Source of the DNA: an uncultured Gammaproteobacteria bacterium
GTDB taxonomy: Bacteria > Cyanobacteriota > Vampirovibrionia > Gastranaerophilales > UBA9971
Length of the DNA stretch: 63,001 bases
Assembly (NCBI GenBank): GCA_964558005.1
Contig: CAZLCO010000004.1
Location: 1 to 63,001, forward strand
Direction of reading: 5' to 3'
Shown here: positions 40,442 to 50,733 of the stretch, one piece after another
Layout: the number at the start of each line of letters is the position of its first letter
Position numbering within the stretch: the stretch's first letter is position 1
Made by a program: the position numbers and the translations under genes
Notes under the pieces: generated by a model
What the model saw: only the letters and a program-made list of their open reading frames with translations
Told to the model about the DNA's origin: nothing
The model's database searches: none

Positions 40442-41489
40442 TTTTTGCTGTATCTATTCTGACATGCTCTGTAAGTTTTACAAACACAGTGTCGCCTTTG
40501 GTAAGAATGACTTTCTTGCCTTTAAAAACAGCCCTGAATATTTTTGAAAACCAGTTTTGTTTTTCTGTTGGCCAGAACATTGAAGCATTGATTTCTCCGG
40601 GCTCTCCTTCTTTTATGATTACCCTTTTAGCATCGATGTCGAGTTTAGCGTTTCTTATAAAATATCTGGCCTTTTTAATATTTACTATTTCCCCGGCAAT
40701 ATTGCTTCCTGCTGGTATAAGCAGGTTGTTTTCTTTTGTCACATAGTTGTCCAGGGTTTTAACAACGCAGAGTTCCTTTGGCATAACTTTTTGACTGTTA
40801 ATTGTTTCATCTGTCAGTATGCCTTCGAGGATTGTTCCTGCTGGTATAACAGCGATAAAGCCATTGTCTTCCATTTCCGCATCCGGCAGTATAATGCCTT
40901 TGGCTTTTTTAGGGGTGAACACCTTCGCCAGTTTTTTATTTGGGTGAAGCAAGGCCTGTTTGCGCATATTATAGAGCATTACAGCCATTTCTGCCCGGGA
41001 AATGAGTTTTTGGGGCTCTGTGCTGTAAATATTTAAAAATTCTTTTTTAATTTCTTCTGTGACGGCTTCGGAATCAACAGCTGAAAGTACTATGGTAACT
41101 GCTTCAGCCTTTTTCAGGTTTTCATCCGGCTTAAAGTACCCGTCCGGATAGCCTTTTAAAAGATCGAAATCTGAAGCTATCTGTATCATTTCGTACGCCC
41201 AATAGTCCTGAGGCACATCCTTATAATAATATATCTGGTCGTGTTCATAGTTTTCCTGCCATAGTGCCTTGATTACCATTGTTACAAATTCAGCTTTTGT
41301 AACGGGCTGGTCCGGTCTGAATGTTCCGTCAGGATAACCCACAACAACAGAGTCGTCTGCAAGGGCGTTAATTTCTTTTTGTGCCCAGTGCTCAGCAGTT
41401 AAATCATTAAATTCTTTAGCGGACGAGTTGCTCGCCGCAAACACAAAAATCATTAGTGTTAGTAAAAACTTACCCAAAAGTTTTCTCAT
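40416..41489 (-). CDS. S-layer homology domain protein
   Basis: Signal peptide; HWAQ..GYPDGTFRPDQPVTKAEF and GYPDGYFKPD. Confidence 0.9.
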   Translation of the reverse strand: MRKLLGKFLLTLMIFVFAASNSSAKEFNDLTAEHWAQKEINALADDSVVVGYPDGTFRPDQPVTKAEFVTMVIKALWQENYEHDQIYYYKDVPQDYWAYEMIQIASDFDLLKGYPDGYFKPDENLKKAEAVTIVLSAVDSEAVTEEIKKEFLNIYSTEPQKLISRAEMAVMLYNMRKQALLHPNKKLAKVFTPKKAKGIILPDAEMEDNGFIAVIPAGTILEGILTDETINSQKVMPKELCVVKTLDNYVTKENNLLIPAGSNIAGEIVNIKKARYFIRNAKLDIDAKRVIIKEGEPGEINASMFWPTEKQNWFSKIFRAVFKGKKVILTKGDTVFVKLTEHVRIDTAKTMIINPLP

Positions 41490-42862
41490 ACCGTGTCTCC
41501 TCTTAATTCATTAAGTATTCCCTGTCTTATTTCCAGTGTATCGACCCCGAGATTTTCAAGTACTTTAAGTGCTATAGATTCTTTTTCTCCTGTTATTGCC
41601 AGCAATAAATGCTCAGAGCCTACTTTTGTCCTTTTACTTTTCTTTGCCCTGTTCCAGGCAGCTGCGATAACTTTTCTAACCCTTGGAGTAAAGACCATTT
41701 CCTTGCTTTCGGAGTAGTGAGGGCTTGACCCTGTAAATTTTTCAACCTCTATACGGGCGTCTTTGAGGGTAACACCCAGGTTTCTCAGCACATTTGCACC
41801 TATTCCGGTGCCCTCTCCCAGTATACCCAGCAAAATCTGTTCTGTGCCGACTATATTTTCTTCCATTTGCCTGGCCTCTTCTTTAGCCAGCCTTATAACA
41901 GTTAATATTTCCGGTTTTTCTCTTTGTATAGGGCTTATTATTTTGTTGGACAGGCTTTCAGTATTTATGCCAAGCTCTTTAAATATTCTGCAGGCAATGC
42001 CCTGGTTTTCCCCAAGGATGCCCAGAAGTATATGCTCGGGTTTAATATATGTGGAACCGAATTCTTTAGCTATTTCAAAAGCTGAATACATTGCCTTATA
42101 TGCTTTTGGCGTAAATTCAGGTTCGTTTTCATTGTATTCATCTTTTCTTGAGTTGATTTCCCGGACTTTTTCCTCAAATTTTTCGGGGGTAATCCCTTCA
42201 CTTTCGAGGGTTTGTGATATCCAGGAATCTTTGTTTTCCAGCATGGCCATAACCAGTTGTTCGGTTCCGTAAGCTTCATGGTTGGAGTTTTTTAGCTTAT
42301 GCCGGGCTATTTCCATTATTTTTTTAAGCTGTTCTTCTTCAAAAAGAATATTTTTATCTATTGTCCTGCTGGTTATGCTTGTTGAGGCCCCGGCTTCTTC
42401 TGGGTGTACAAAAGGTTTTATCGCCTTGTTTGCTATTTTTTCAACAGTAGTCTTTATTTTTTCCAGATTTACATTAGAACTGGATAATAAATTTACAACG
42501 GAGGAGTCTTTTTCCCTTAATATGCTCAGAAAAAGGTTTTCCGGGGTGACATAATAAGTCCCGGTTGACTGGGCTTCGTACCAGGATTCCCTGAGTATTT
42601 TTTTAACAGCAGGACTAAAAGTTAAGGTGTTTGTAGTTGTTTGGATTTTTGTCCCGCCTAACTTTAGTTGCTTTAAGGTTTCTCTGAGTATATCTGTGTC
42701 AATGCCTGATGCTTTAAGTAATTTTGCGGAAATTCCCGAGCCTTCACGGACTATTCCAATAAGCAGGTGTTCAGGATAAAGTTTGTCGTGCCTTGCGAGA
42801 ATCGCCTCTTCCTGAGCATATAAAATTACATTAATAGCTTTTTCCGTGTATCGTTCTATCAA
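41486..42862 (-). CDS. Clp N-terminal repeat-only protein (six repeats, no ATPase)
   Basis: Six (T/P/S)E(H/Q/N)(L/I)L-type Clp repeats; no Walker A motif. Confidence 0.85.
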   Translation of the reverse strand: MIERYTEKAINVILYAQEEAILARHDKLYPEHLLIGIVREGSGISAKLLKASGIDTDILRETLKQLKLGGTKIQTTTNTLTFSPAVKKILRESWYEAQSTGTYYVTPENLFLSILREKDSSVVNLLSSSNVNLEKIKTTVEKIANKAIKPFVHPEEAGASTSITSRTIDKNILFEEEQLKKIMEIARHKLKNSNHEAYGTEQLVMAMLENKDSWISQTLESEGITPEKFEEKVREINSRKDEYNENEPEFTPKAYKAMYSAFEIAKEFGSTYIKPEHILLGILGENQGIACRIFKELGINTESLSNKIISPIQREKPEILTVIRLAKEEARQMEENIVGTEQILLGILGEGTGIGANVLRNLGVTLKDARIEVEKFTGSSPHYSESKEMVFTPRVRKVIAAAWNRAKKSKRTKVGSEHLLLAITGEKESIALKVLENLGVDTLEIRQGILNELRGDTV

Positions 42863-42877
42863 GTTTTTAAGACCCTT

Positions 42878-45154
42878 TTATTGTGAAGCTAAGCCGTATT
42901 TTTTATTATAACTTAAAAACTCTTTATTATTTAAAAAACCTTCAAAGCCGGTTTGTTTTTTTTCGGAGATTTTATTATTAGAGAGCGCTGTACTTCCCAC
43001 AATAACTTTTTCATCCCTGGTCTTTATTTTCCCGCCAAGCATTTTGTGGAACCAGGACTGATTTTTAAGTCTTCTCTTTTCTATTTCTTTCATTTCCTCG
43101 TGAGTTTTTGGAGTTAATGGCTGGTCAACAGCCAGACGGGTTACTGCTTCGTAGCTTGCGCAATTAAGAACAACTCCTGTTGCGTTACCGAGGAGCGAAT
43201 GGTTAATCAGTCCTTTAAACAAATCGTTGAAGGATTTAACAGCCCAGAAAGATACAGCCTGTCTTGTTGAATCCTGAAGCACCCTTTGTTTTGCTTTTTC
43301 TTCTGAAATGTTTGTATTTTTTGTTTCTTTTATTGTGTCATTATAAGCATCCACTGCGAGGAAAGGAACCGCTGTAGCGCCGGTAAGCTTCATATAGGTG
43401 CTAAGTTTATCAGCTGAATAGTCCAAAACTTTTGAGCTGTGGGTCTTACTGACTTGTTCACCGAGGGTTCCATGTTTTTCGGGATGTAATGTTGCATTAA
43501 CAATGTTGTCAACAAATTTGGCGTGGTCAAATAAATTTTTTTTCGCAGCCTTTAGAGGTTCTTTTCCGGTTAATTTTCTTACGCCATTAACCAGCATCCT
43601 GCCTGCACCAGCAATGAGCTTAAACGGGAACACCACTGTGTCAACAAGTGCTTTTCCCGCACGGTATAAACCGTTTCTTCCCACATTAATATATCCGTCA
43701 TTTGCGGCCGCAGCTTTACCGATTTGTTCTATTCCCGCATTTTCATCAAGCCCTTTTGTAAAGGTACTGGCAATTTTTAACATTTCATCAGCATTTTGTT
43801 TTGCCTGTTTTGAACCTAAAGATTGAAGGGCATTATAACTTTGTTTGAAATCATCAAATTTAATTCTGGCCGGAAGCATTTCTGTAAACCAGTTATCAGC
43901 TGCTTTTAAAGCCGTTTTCGCCGCTGAAGCAGGGTTGCCGGAGAACGAAACTTCTTTTTTATTATTGCCTTTAAATGCATGATATGTGGTTAATGAAGAT
44001 GCATATGGTTTATTTTCTATTGATGCGGCGTGAATCACATATGGGTTAGAATCTACGCCTTTAGGCTTTTGCGGGAGCAGCGGCATTTTGTTTGCGACCC
44101 GACTAATAACCTCTGCTGATGTAGCTATTAGAGCACCCATTGCAATAGCCGCAGGCAGTGATTTGTTTATGGCCCTGCTGAAAGTAGAGTTCAGGATATA
44201 TCCGACATAAGCATAAATGCCTATAAATGCGGCTACCTGTTTATATCTTTTATTTCTTTGTTCTTCAGCTTCTTTTTTATCGCCTGATGTAGTCATTGCC
44301 AGGTTATAAAAGTCATTTCCAACAAAAGCTCCGGTAGTAGCGCCGGATGCAATTCTGTTAACCAGCTGGGCATTTTCTCCGCTGTATTTAGGCAGGAATG
44401 AACCTAATTTTTTCATATCTTTGTTATTAAGGACAGTCCCGAGATATCTTTGTTTAAGGTCTGCGATAAACTTAGCGGGCTTACTTCCTGCAAGTTCCTG
44501 TTTGAGTCTGTCTATTCCACCTGCTTCTTTTAACAGGACTTTAGAATCAACGTTTTTCTCTTTAAGGAATGCTTCTAACCCTTTTTCCCCTGATTCAATT
44601 GCTTTTTTAAGTCCATCTCCTTTAAAAGCCTCATCAAACCTGCCGGCATTCTGTCTTAGTTCTAATACATAACCAACAAGGCGGTTTTTCAGTGTTATTT
44701 CTTTCCCTTTTGCTTTGATTGAAGCTTTTGTTGCTTTATCCCCGAATAGACTGTCAACTCCTCTTTTTAAGGCATTTGGTAAAGCCATTACAGCGTCTAT
44801 AAAACTTTCTTTTACAGACTTAACGGTTTTGATTTCTAATGAGTCGCCGCCTTTTCTAAGGGAATCGCTTACAGAATCAATCCCGTCATTTATGCCTTTT
44901 GGGATATAGCCTTCAATTTCTTCTAAAGCTTTTCTAACAGGCATTTTTTCTGTGTGAGTTAAAAGTTCTTTAGCCTGCCTAAATGAAAAACCCTTAAAAG
45001 TTGGTTGCGTTTTAGCTATTCTCCTTCCTTTTAAGGGTTTTTCCTGATTATAGTTATTCTGTGGATTGTATAACAGGTTATGGTTATGGTTCGGGTAAGT
45101 CCGCCCTCTCGGGTGGCCCGGCAAATATTCATTATAAGGAATATTCATGACCAT
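42878..45154 (-). CDS. Large hypothetical membrane-associated protein with an internal duplication
   Basis: Two related hydrophobic modules (NDFYN.../DAYN...). Confidence 0.8.
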   Translation of the reverse strand: MVMNIPYNEYLPGHPRGRTYPNHNHNLLYNPQNNYNQEKPLKGRRIAKTQPTFKGFSFRQAKELLTHTEKMPVRKALEEIEGYIPKGINDGIDSVSDSLRKGGDSLEIKTVKSVKESFIDAVMALPNALKRGVDSLFGDKATKASIKAKGKEITLKNRLVGYVLELRQNAGRFDEAFKGDGLKKAIESGEKGLEAFLKEKNVDSKVLLKEAGGIDRLKQELAGSKPAKFIADLKQRYLGTVLNNKDMKKLGSFLPKYSGENAQLVNRIASGATTGAFVGNDFYNLAMTTSGDKKEAEEQRNKRYKQVAAFIGIYAYVGYILNSTFSRAINKSLPAAIAMGALIATSAEVISRVANKMPLLPQKPKGVDSNPYVIHAASIENKPYASSLTTYHAFKGNNKKEVSFSGNPASAAKTALKAADNWFTEMLPARIKFDDFKQSYNALQSLGSKQAKQNADEMLKIASTFTKGLDENAGIEQIGKAAAANDGYINVGRNGLYRAGKALVDTVVFPFKLIAGAGRMLVNGVRKLTGKEPLKAAKKNLFDHAKFVDNIVNATLHPEKHGTLGEQVSKTHSSKVLDYSADKLSTYMKLTGATAVPFLAVDAYNDTIKETKNTNISEEKAKQRVLQDSTRQAVSFWAVKSFNDLFKGLINHSLLGNATGVVLNCASYEAVTRLAVDQPLTPKTHEEMKEIEKRRLKNQSWFHKMLGGKIKTRDEKVIVGSTALSNNKISEKKQTGFEGFLNNKEFLSYNKKYGLASQ

Positions 45155-45301
45155 TTAGCTGTTTCCCTGTCTAGTGAGTTTTACAGGTTAGGGGATTATC
45201 CAGTTTTTCACTTACTTTCCCTATTATATATTTAAAGTCCATAAATAGAAAAAATTAACACTGAATAGTTTATTATCATGATTATTTTATTATAAAAAAT
45301 G

Positions 45302-46123
45302 TTAGGATTTTGTTAGTGTTTGGGATTTCTTTACCAATAAATATAATTCTTTACAAATGCTTAACAAGTTATAAATTTTGCTGATTGCAAGCATGTTAGC
45401 CCCATCGCTCAAGGCATTGTCCGGGTCAGGGTGCACCTCCATGAAAAGGCCATTAGCCCCTGCTGCTGTTGCAGCTTTAGCTAATGTAGGCACAAATTCC
45501 CTTTGTCCTGACGAAACTCTGCCTGCTCCGCCCGGTAGCTGTACACTGTGTGTTGCATCAAAGATTACTGGATATCCCAGCTCTTGAATTATAGGGATTG
45601 TGCGCATATCAGAAACCAGGTTTCCGTACCCAAAGCTTACCCCCCGGTCTGTAATTAAAATTTTATTGTTACCGCTTTGTTTTACTTTGTTTGCTGCCTG
45701 TTCAATCTGATGGGGGGCTAAAAATTGCCCTTTTTTAATATTTATAATTTTCCCTGTTTTTGCCGCAGAAACTAACAAATCTGTCTGCCTGCACAAAAAC
45801 GCCGGGATTTGCAGTATATCTGCCACTTCGGCGGCTTGAGCCGCTTCTTCGGGCAGGTGTATATCTGTAACGATTGGCATGTCGAATTCATTTTTTATTT
45901 TTGACAGTATTTCCAGCCCCTTATCTATGCCAGGCCCTCTGTATGAGTCCAGCGAAGTCCTGTTGGCCTTATCGTAAGAGGCCTTAAAAATGTATTTTAT
46001 TTTCAGCTCATCAGTAATTTTTTTTAGAGCTTCTGCTGTTTGAAAAGCTGTAGTGCCGTCATGCTCAATTACGCATGGCCCGGCCATTACAAAAAATTCA
46101 TCTGAAAAAGTTTTTATATCCAT
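45302..46123 (-). CDS. kdsA: KDO 8-phosphate synthase
   Basis: AGPCVIE, FKASYDKANRTS, LCRQTDLL, KKGQF, DATHSVQ; ATG 46123 preferred. Confidence 0.97.
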   Translation of the reverse strand: MDIKTFSDEFFVMAGPCVIEHDGTTAFQTAEALKKITDELKIKYIFKASYDKANRTSLDSYRGPGIDKGLEILSKIKNEFDMPIVTDIHLPEEAAQAAEVADILQIPAFLCRQTDLLVSAAKTGKIINIKKGQFLAPHQIEQAANKVKQSGNNKILITDRGVSFGYGNLVSDMRTIPIIQELGYPVIFDATHSVQLPGGAGRVSSGQREFVPTLAKAATAAGANGLFMEVHPDPDNALSDGANMLAISKIYNLLSICKELYLLVKKSQTLTKS

Positions 46124-46131
46124 TTTTTCTC

Positions 46132-47010
46132 CTAAAAATCGCAACTTTTTTCAGGGAAACCCGAGGGCTCAACCTGTATTGTAAGATGGTGTATATTAAA
46201 CCTTTCCCTAAGTATTTTGTCAACTTTGCATAACACTTCGTGACTGTCATGGTGGTCGCTTACCACATGAATACTCAGGGCTATCCTTTGCAAAGAAATA
46301 CTCCATACATGAAATTCATGTACTCTTTTGACTTCAGGAATATCTAAAAGGGTTGTTTTTATTTCGTTTATATCAATATTTTTTGGTGTGCCTTCCAGCA
46401 GTATGTTAGACGATTCTATAATTAGTCTTATTGCGTTTACAGTAATAATTACAGCTATTATAAAGCTTATAATAATGTCAGCATAATAAAATTTATAAAA
46501 ATAAATTATAATACCTGCGCTGATAGCTCCGATTGAGCCCAGCGTGTCTCCGATAATGTGCAAGAAAGCCCCTTTAATATTTAAATTTTGTTTGGCTGAG
46601 GAATGTAAAATGCTTATCCCGGTCAAATTAACAATAAGGCCGCCCACCGCAATCGCTATCATCAGCGGAGCAACTACCTCCTGCGGCGACAAAAATCTTT
46701 GTATGCCTTCGTGTAATATATAACCGGCGATTCCAATAAGAATAAGCCCATTTACTAGTGCGACCAGTATTTCTGCCCGGTAATATCCATAGGTTTTTTC
46801 CGCTGAAGCAGGCTTTAGGATAATCCATGTGGCTATAAACGACATTCCAAGCGCAAAAATATCACCGAGCATATGTCCGGCATCTGCCAGGAGCGCAAGG
46901 CTGTTACTGAGGATACCGCCTATTATTTCCGCTACCATGTACGCAAAGGTTATGAAAAGGACGATTCCCAGTTTAAACCTTATTATGCTGTTTTGTTCGA
47001 TATTATTCAT
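46132..47010 (-). CDS. Cation diffusion facilitator (Zn/Co/Cd efflux)
   Basis: SLALLADAGHM, TYGYYRAEIL, HIIGD, HLTIQVE. Confidence 0.95.
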   Translation of the reverse strand: MNNIEQNSIIRFKLGIVLFITFAYMVAEIIGGILSNSLALLADAGHMLGDIFALGMSFIATWIILKPASAEKTYGYYRAEILVALVNGLILIGIAGYILHEGIQRFLSPQEVVAPLMIAIAVGGLIVNLTGISILHSSAKQNLNIKGAFLHIIGDTLGSIGAISAGIIIYFYKFYYADIIISFIIAVIITVNAIRLIIESSNILLEGTPKNIDINEIKTTLLDIPEVKRVHEFHVWSISLQRIALSIHVVSDHHDSHEVLCKVDKILRERFNIHHLTIQVEPSGFPEKSCDF

Positions 47011-47013
47011 GTT

Positions 47014-48054
47014 TTATGATCCGGTTATAAACCTTAATATATTACAGGCAGGGCTTGTCATATCAGGAAATATTATAGCGGGGGCTTTTTTTTCATGATA
47101 AAACTCTGCGGGCCTCCAATAGTCTTTTACAAGTACCTGGAAATTGCCGCATTGCTGGAATTTATGACAATTAAGGACTTCAGTCATATGTTTCCCTGTC
47201 TGGTGATAATCTTTTACCCCAATAAACACCTTTGCTTCAGCATTTTGATTTTTTATATTACTGATTGCAAAGTTAATAAGGTCTTCATAATAGTCTTTGT
47301 AAGCCAGCGACAGGGTAATATCAACCCAGAAATTACTATTATCCGAGGTAAAAATTGATACCAGCGCTTCAATACTGTTTCTTGACGGGTTATCCAGCAC
47401 ATATTTATATGAGGTATAACCTTTTATTTTATTAATAATCCGGTTTTTTATCCCGCATTTTAGGTCATCCGGAGTCCTGGCGAGGGAATTCCTGAAATGA
47501 GGAAGTATAGCATCGGAATCAAGTTCATGCAGTTTTTCAAAATCTTCATTTTCCGCTTTTCTTAAGTTTTCAGTCAATTTCGCCTTGTTGCCTGAATAAA
47601 CTCCATCGTACTGCCAGATATTTATCCTGGAAAAGTTTCTGAACGAGCAGGCATTTTTAAATAAAGCAATGGCTTCTGTGTAGTTTTCGTCTATAACAGC
47701 AAGGAATACTTCTACTCCAGCCCCGCCGTATTTGTTGACTACATAATCTATAAGCTGTTTTCCGATATCATATGCGTTCATCCCCAGGACGAGCCTGTTT
47801 ATTTTCCACCTTGTTTTTGTATGGCCGTCCGGCGCAAGGCTGATAAGGCCGAGTGGTTCATCGTCTTCTACCGCAACATAAGATTCCTGCAAAAATTTCC
47901 AGTTAAGCGGAAGAATGCCGTGGAGTAAATTAAATGGAAACGGAACGAAAATCCTGTCCCCAATCATCCCCGGTGAGAGTTCCGGGGTGACGTATTCAAT
48001 CATTTTAATGATTTTATTAATATCGTAATATCTAATTGGAATTATTTTGGTCAT
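47014..48054 (-). CDS. GNAT-fold hypothetical protein
   Basis: Acetyltransferase-like pattern (YVAVE..GLISL..WKINRL). Confidence 0.55.
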   Translation of the reverse strand: MTKIIPIRYYDINKIIKMIEYVTPELSPGMIGDRIFVPFPFNLLHGILPLNWKFLQESYVAVEDDEPLGLISLAPDGHTKTRWKINRLVLGMNAYDIGKQLIDYVVNKYGGAGVEVFLAVIDENYTEAIALFKNACSFRNFSRINIWQYDGVYSGNKAKLTENLRKAENEDFEKLHELDSDAILPHFRNSLARTPDDLKCGIKNRIINKIKGYTSYKYVLDNPSRNSIEALVSIFTSDNSNFWVDITLSLAYKDYYEDLINFAISNIKNQNAEAKVFIGVKDYHQTGKHMTEVLNCHKFQQCGNFQVLVKDYWRPAEFYHEKKAPAIIFPDMTSPACNILRFITGS

Positions 48055-48212
48055 AAATATATTTTAGTATATTATGACCATTTAATAAATTGTGTTTATT
48101 TTAGAAAGAATTTTTTGCAAATTTTCTCAAACCCGCCCACCACCCTGAAAGATGGTGAAGGCTGTGCCTTCACTGCTTTTATATAATTTGAGAAAATTTG
48201 CCTGTAAGCCGT

Positions 48213-48989
48213 TTAATAAATCTTAGAGTAGTAGTGGAAATATTCAATTATCGTATTGGCCATCAAGGGAAGGATTATAAGCATTATTGCCGTCCCGACC
48301 AGCGGCTTGAACAGAAAGCTGAGCTGGAAAACGTTTATCTGCGGCGCTACTTTTGAGATTATCCCCAGTATAAGATCCTGACAAAGAGTAGTTATTACCA
48401 CAGGCGCCGCTAATTGCAGCCCGATAAACAGTACATTCCCCGTTAAAAATATTACATAGTCAAGGTTTATAAATTCATTTAAAGGCAAACTTGAACCATA
48501 AATGGGAAAAACATCAAACCCCCGCTTAAAAGCAATAAACAGCCAGAATAAGCCTCCTATATGTATGAATATTACGGTACCAAGATACATAAAAAACTTT
48601 CCCATTACCGATATCTGGCCTCCTGCCGCCTGGTCAAACATGGTTGATGATTGCATACCCATTTGCATATTTACCATTTCGCCGGCTGCGGTTATTGTTT
48701 CAAATATTACCGCAGCTATATACCCTATTAAAAAGCCAAAAACAAAGTTTAGCACTATGCTTAGAAAAAATGACGTTTCAGCAGGGGGTTGTGTATCTTT
48801 GAAAATGGGCAGGAAAATTATGGTTAATATTACAACAAAGCTGAGTTTAATGAGTTTTGGGATATCTTTTCTGTTGAATACAGGCGCAGCAAGGATAAAT
48901 CCCGTAAAGCGCGGGAATAACAGCATTGCTGCATAAAAATAGTTTTCATAATCCGGTAACTTCGTAATTTCTTCAATAAATTTGTCCAT
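48213..48989 (-). CDS. fliR: Type III export gate protein FliR/SctT
   Basis: RFTGFILAAPVF, AGEMVNMQMG, SKVAPQINVF. Confidence 0.93.
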   Translation of the reverse strand: MDKFIEEITKLPDYENYFYAAMLLFPRFTGFILAAPVFNRKDIPKLIKLSFVVILTIIFLPIFKDTQPPAETSFFLSIVLNFVFGFLIGYIAAVIFETITAAGEMVNMQMGMQSSTMFDQAAGGQISVMGKFFMYLGTVIFIHIGGLFWLFIAFKRGFDVFPIYGSSLPLNEFINLDYVIFLTGNVLFIGLQLAAPVVITTLCQDLILGIISKVAPQINVFQLSFLFKPLVGTAIMLIILPLMANTIIEYFHYYSKIY

Positions 48990-49363
48990 TATTCAAGTCC
49001 CGGAGGAAGGTCGAGTTCAAAGCACTCAAACCCCTCATAACCCCTGTTAATTTCTTTTACATTTATGTCAAAATTGTATATTTTCTTTTTTGTCCATACA
49101 ATAAGGTTTGTATTAACTGCTTTTAATGGTTTTACAAGCATTTCATGCCTGTTATTGTATATATTCGGCAAAATTTCTATATTAAAAGCACTCTCATTGC
49201 CGGTTTTGTAACGGATGATTTTTTCATTAAAGTACAAAAGGTGAGAGTGGTTTTCTTTCAGTTCAATTTTTTTATTTATTTCATCGACGCAACGTGCTTT
49301 TTGTGCGGGCATAAAAGCTAAAAAACATATTGTTGTTATTATTAAACTATTTTTCTTCCACAT
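48989..49363 (-). CDS. Exported protein resembling the Tad/CpaC-RcpA secretin N-terminal (pilus assembly) domain
   Basis: Signal peptide; IELKEN.S.LL.F...I......MLVKP....TNLIVW pattern. Confidence 0.6.
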   Translation of the reverse strand: MWKKNSLIITTICFLAFMPAQKARCVDEINKKIELKENHSHLLYFNEKIIRYKTGNESAFNIEILPNIYNNRHEMLVKPLKAVNTNLIVWTKKKIYNFDINVKEINRGYEGFECFELDLPPGLE

Positions 49364-49751
49364 AAGGCACCCTTCCTGCTCTTTTCATAATTTCTTTAAC
49401 GCTGGGAGTGTCTTCCTTGTAATATTTTTCCTCCAGAAGCTCTTTCTGGATAATAAAATCATGCTCGGAAAGCACTGTTTCTTCGTCCCGAGGGATAATT
49501 CCAAAAGCAATGTTAACTGAAGTCTTCATTAATTCAGAAAGCTTCATAACATTAAAAGGCCCCATAAGCATAACCACCAGAAAAACGCCCAGGATTTTCG
49601 GTGCAGCGGCTATGGTCTGTTCCTGTACTTGGGTAACAGCCTGTAAAATACCGACAACCAGACCAATTGCGGCGGCTGTAAGCACAGACGGCATCGCTAT
49701 CAGCAACATTGTCATAAACCCTTTTCCTAATTGTTCAAGCAGTAAATCCAT
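49347..49751 (-). CDS. fliQ: FliQ/SctS with C-terminal extension
   Basis: GLVVGILQAVTQVQEQTI..PKI; about 45 extra soluble residues. Confidence 0.92.
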   Translation of the reverse strand: MDLLLEQLGKGFMTMLLIAMPSVLTAAAIGLVVGILQAVTQVQEQTIAAAPKILGVFLVVMLMGPFNVMKLSELMKTSVNIAFGIIPRDEETVLSEHDFIIQKELLEEKYYKEDTPSVKEIMKRAGRVPYVEEK

Positions 49752-49760
49752 AAATCTTTC

Positions 49761-50402
49761 CTATATAAAACTTCTTACAAGTCCGTTGATTATTAGTCCC
49801 CATCCGTCAACAGCAATAAATATAAGCAGTTTGAACGGCAGCGAAATAATAGTTGGCGATAGCATAAACATACCGAGAGCGAGCAGGATATTCGCAACAA
49901 TAAGGTCAATAACAATAAACGGGATAAAAATTATAAACCCTATCTCAAATGATGTTTTCAGCTCACTCATTATGTATGCCGGCGCTACTTCAAAAAAACC
50001 TATATCCGCCGGGGTGGCAGGAGGTTTTTTATTTAGTGTTTCTATGAAAAACGCTATGTCTTTTTGTCTTGTCTGCTTCATCATAAACATTTTTAGCGGT
50101 TCAGACCCCTCTTTCAGCGCAAGCACCAGCGAACCGCTTTCTTTATAAGGTTTATGTGCGGCCTGGTACATATCCGAAAAAACAGGCGACATTGTATAAA
50201 ATGTCAGGATAACTGAAAGACCGATGATTACCATACCTGGCGGCACCTGCTGTGTACCCATAGCCGTTTTCAGGATAGAAAAAACAATTACAAAACGTAA
50301 AAAACTCGTCATAGATATAAAAACTATGGGTAAAAACGTCAAAGACGCCATTAATATTAATAGCTGTATAGTTGGGTTCAAATCCTTAAGCATTTCATCC
50401 AT
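49761..50402 (-). CDS. fliP: FliP/SctR export gate protein, no N-terminal signal peptide
   Basis: TSFLRFVIVFSILKTAMGTQQVPP, SELKTSFEIG, DLIVANILLALGMFMLSPTIISLPFK. Confidence 0.95.
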   Translation of the reverse strand: MDEMLKDLNPTIQLLILMASLTFLPIVFISMTSFLRFVIVFSILKTAMGTQQVPPGMVIIGLSVILTFYTMSPVFSDMYQAAHKPYKESGSLVLALKEGSEPLKMFMMKQTRQKDIAFFIETLNKKPPATPADIGFFEVAPAYIMSELKTSFEIGFIIFIPFIVIDLIVANILLALGMFMLSPTIISLPFKLLIFIAVDGWGLIINGLVRSFI

Positions 50403-50733
50403 GATTGAAATACTCCTTTATCAATTCGAGGTTTCCGTTTTTTTGCGGTGGCGAAAGGCTTTTTACATCCGGTCTGTTGCTTTCCAGTTTTGACATAAAC
50501 TGACAGCTCTCACCTGATGAGGAAATTAAAAACTTTTCCCTGCCCGCCTTAACCACATAAAGATTTTTTCTTGGTTCAAGATTAAGGCTGGCTTCTATCT
50601 TTAAAAAATTGTTTTTGTTTTTTTGCGGTGTAAATGTCAGTGACTTTTTCACCACCACAAGGCCGATAAAAACCAGCCCTATCATTGCCAGCGTATAAAC
50701 CGAAAAAGCTGTTATTTGGCTTTCCATAATCAA
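50395..50733 (-). CDS. fliO: FliO-like protein
   Basis: N-terminal TM; LKIEASLNLEPRKNLYVVKAG.EKFLI; immediately precedes fliP. Confidence 0.8.
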   Translation of the reverse strand: MIMESQITAFSVYTLAMIGLVFIGLVVVKKSLTFTPQKNKNNFLKIEASLNLEPRKNLYVVKAGREKFLISSSGESCQFMSKLESNRPDVKSLSPPQKNGNLELIKEYFNHG

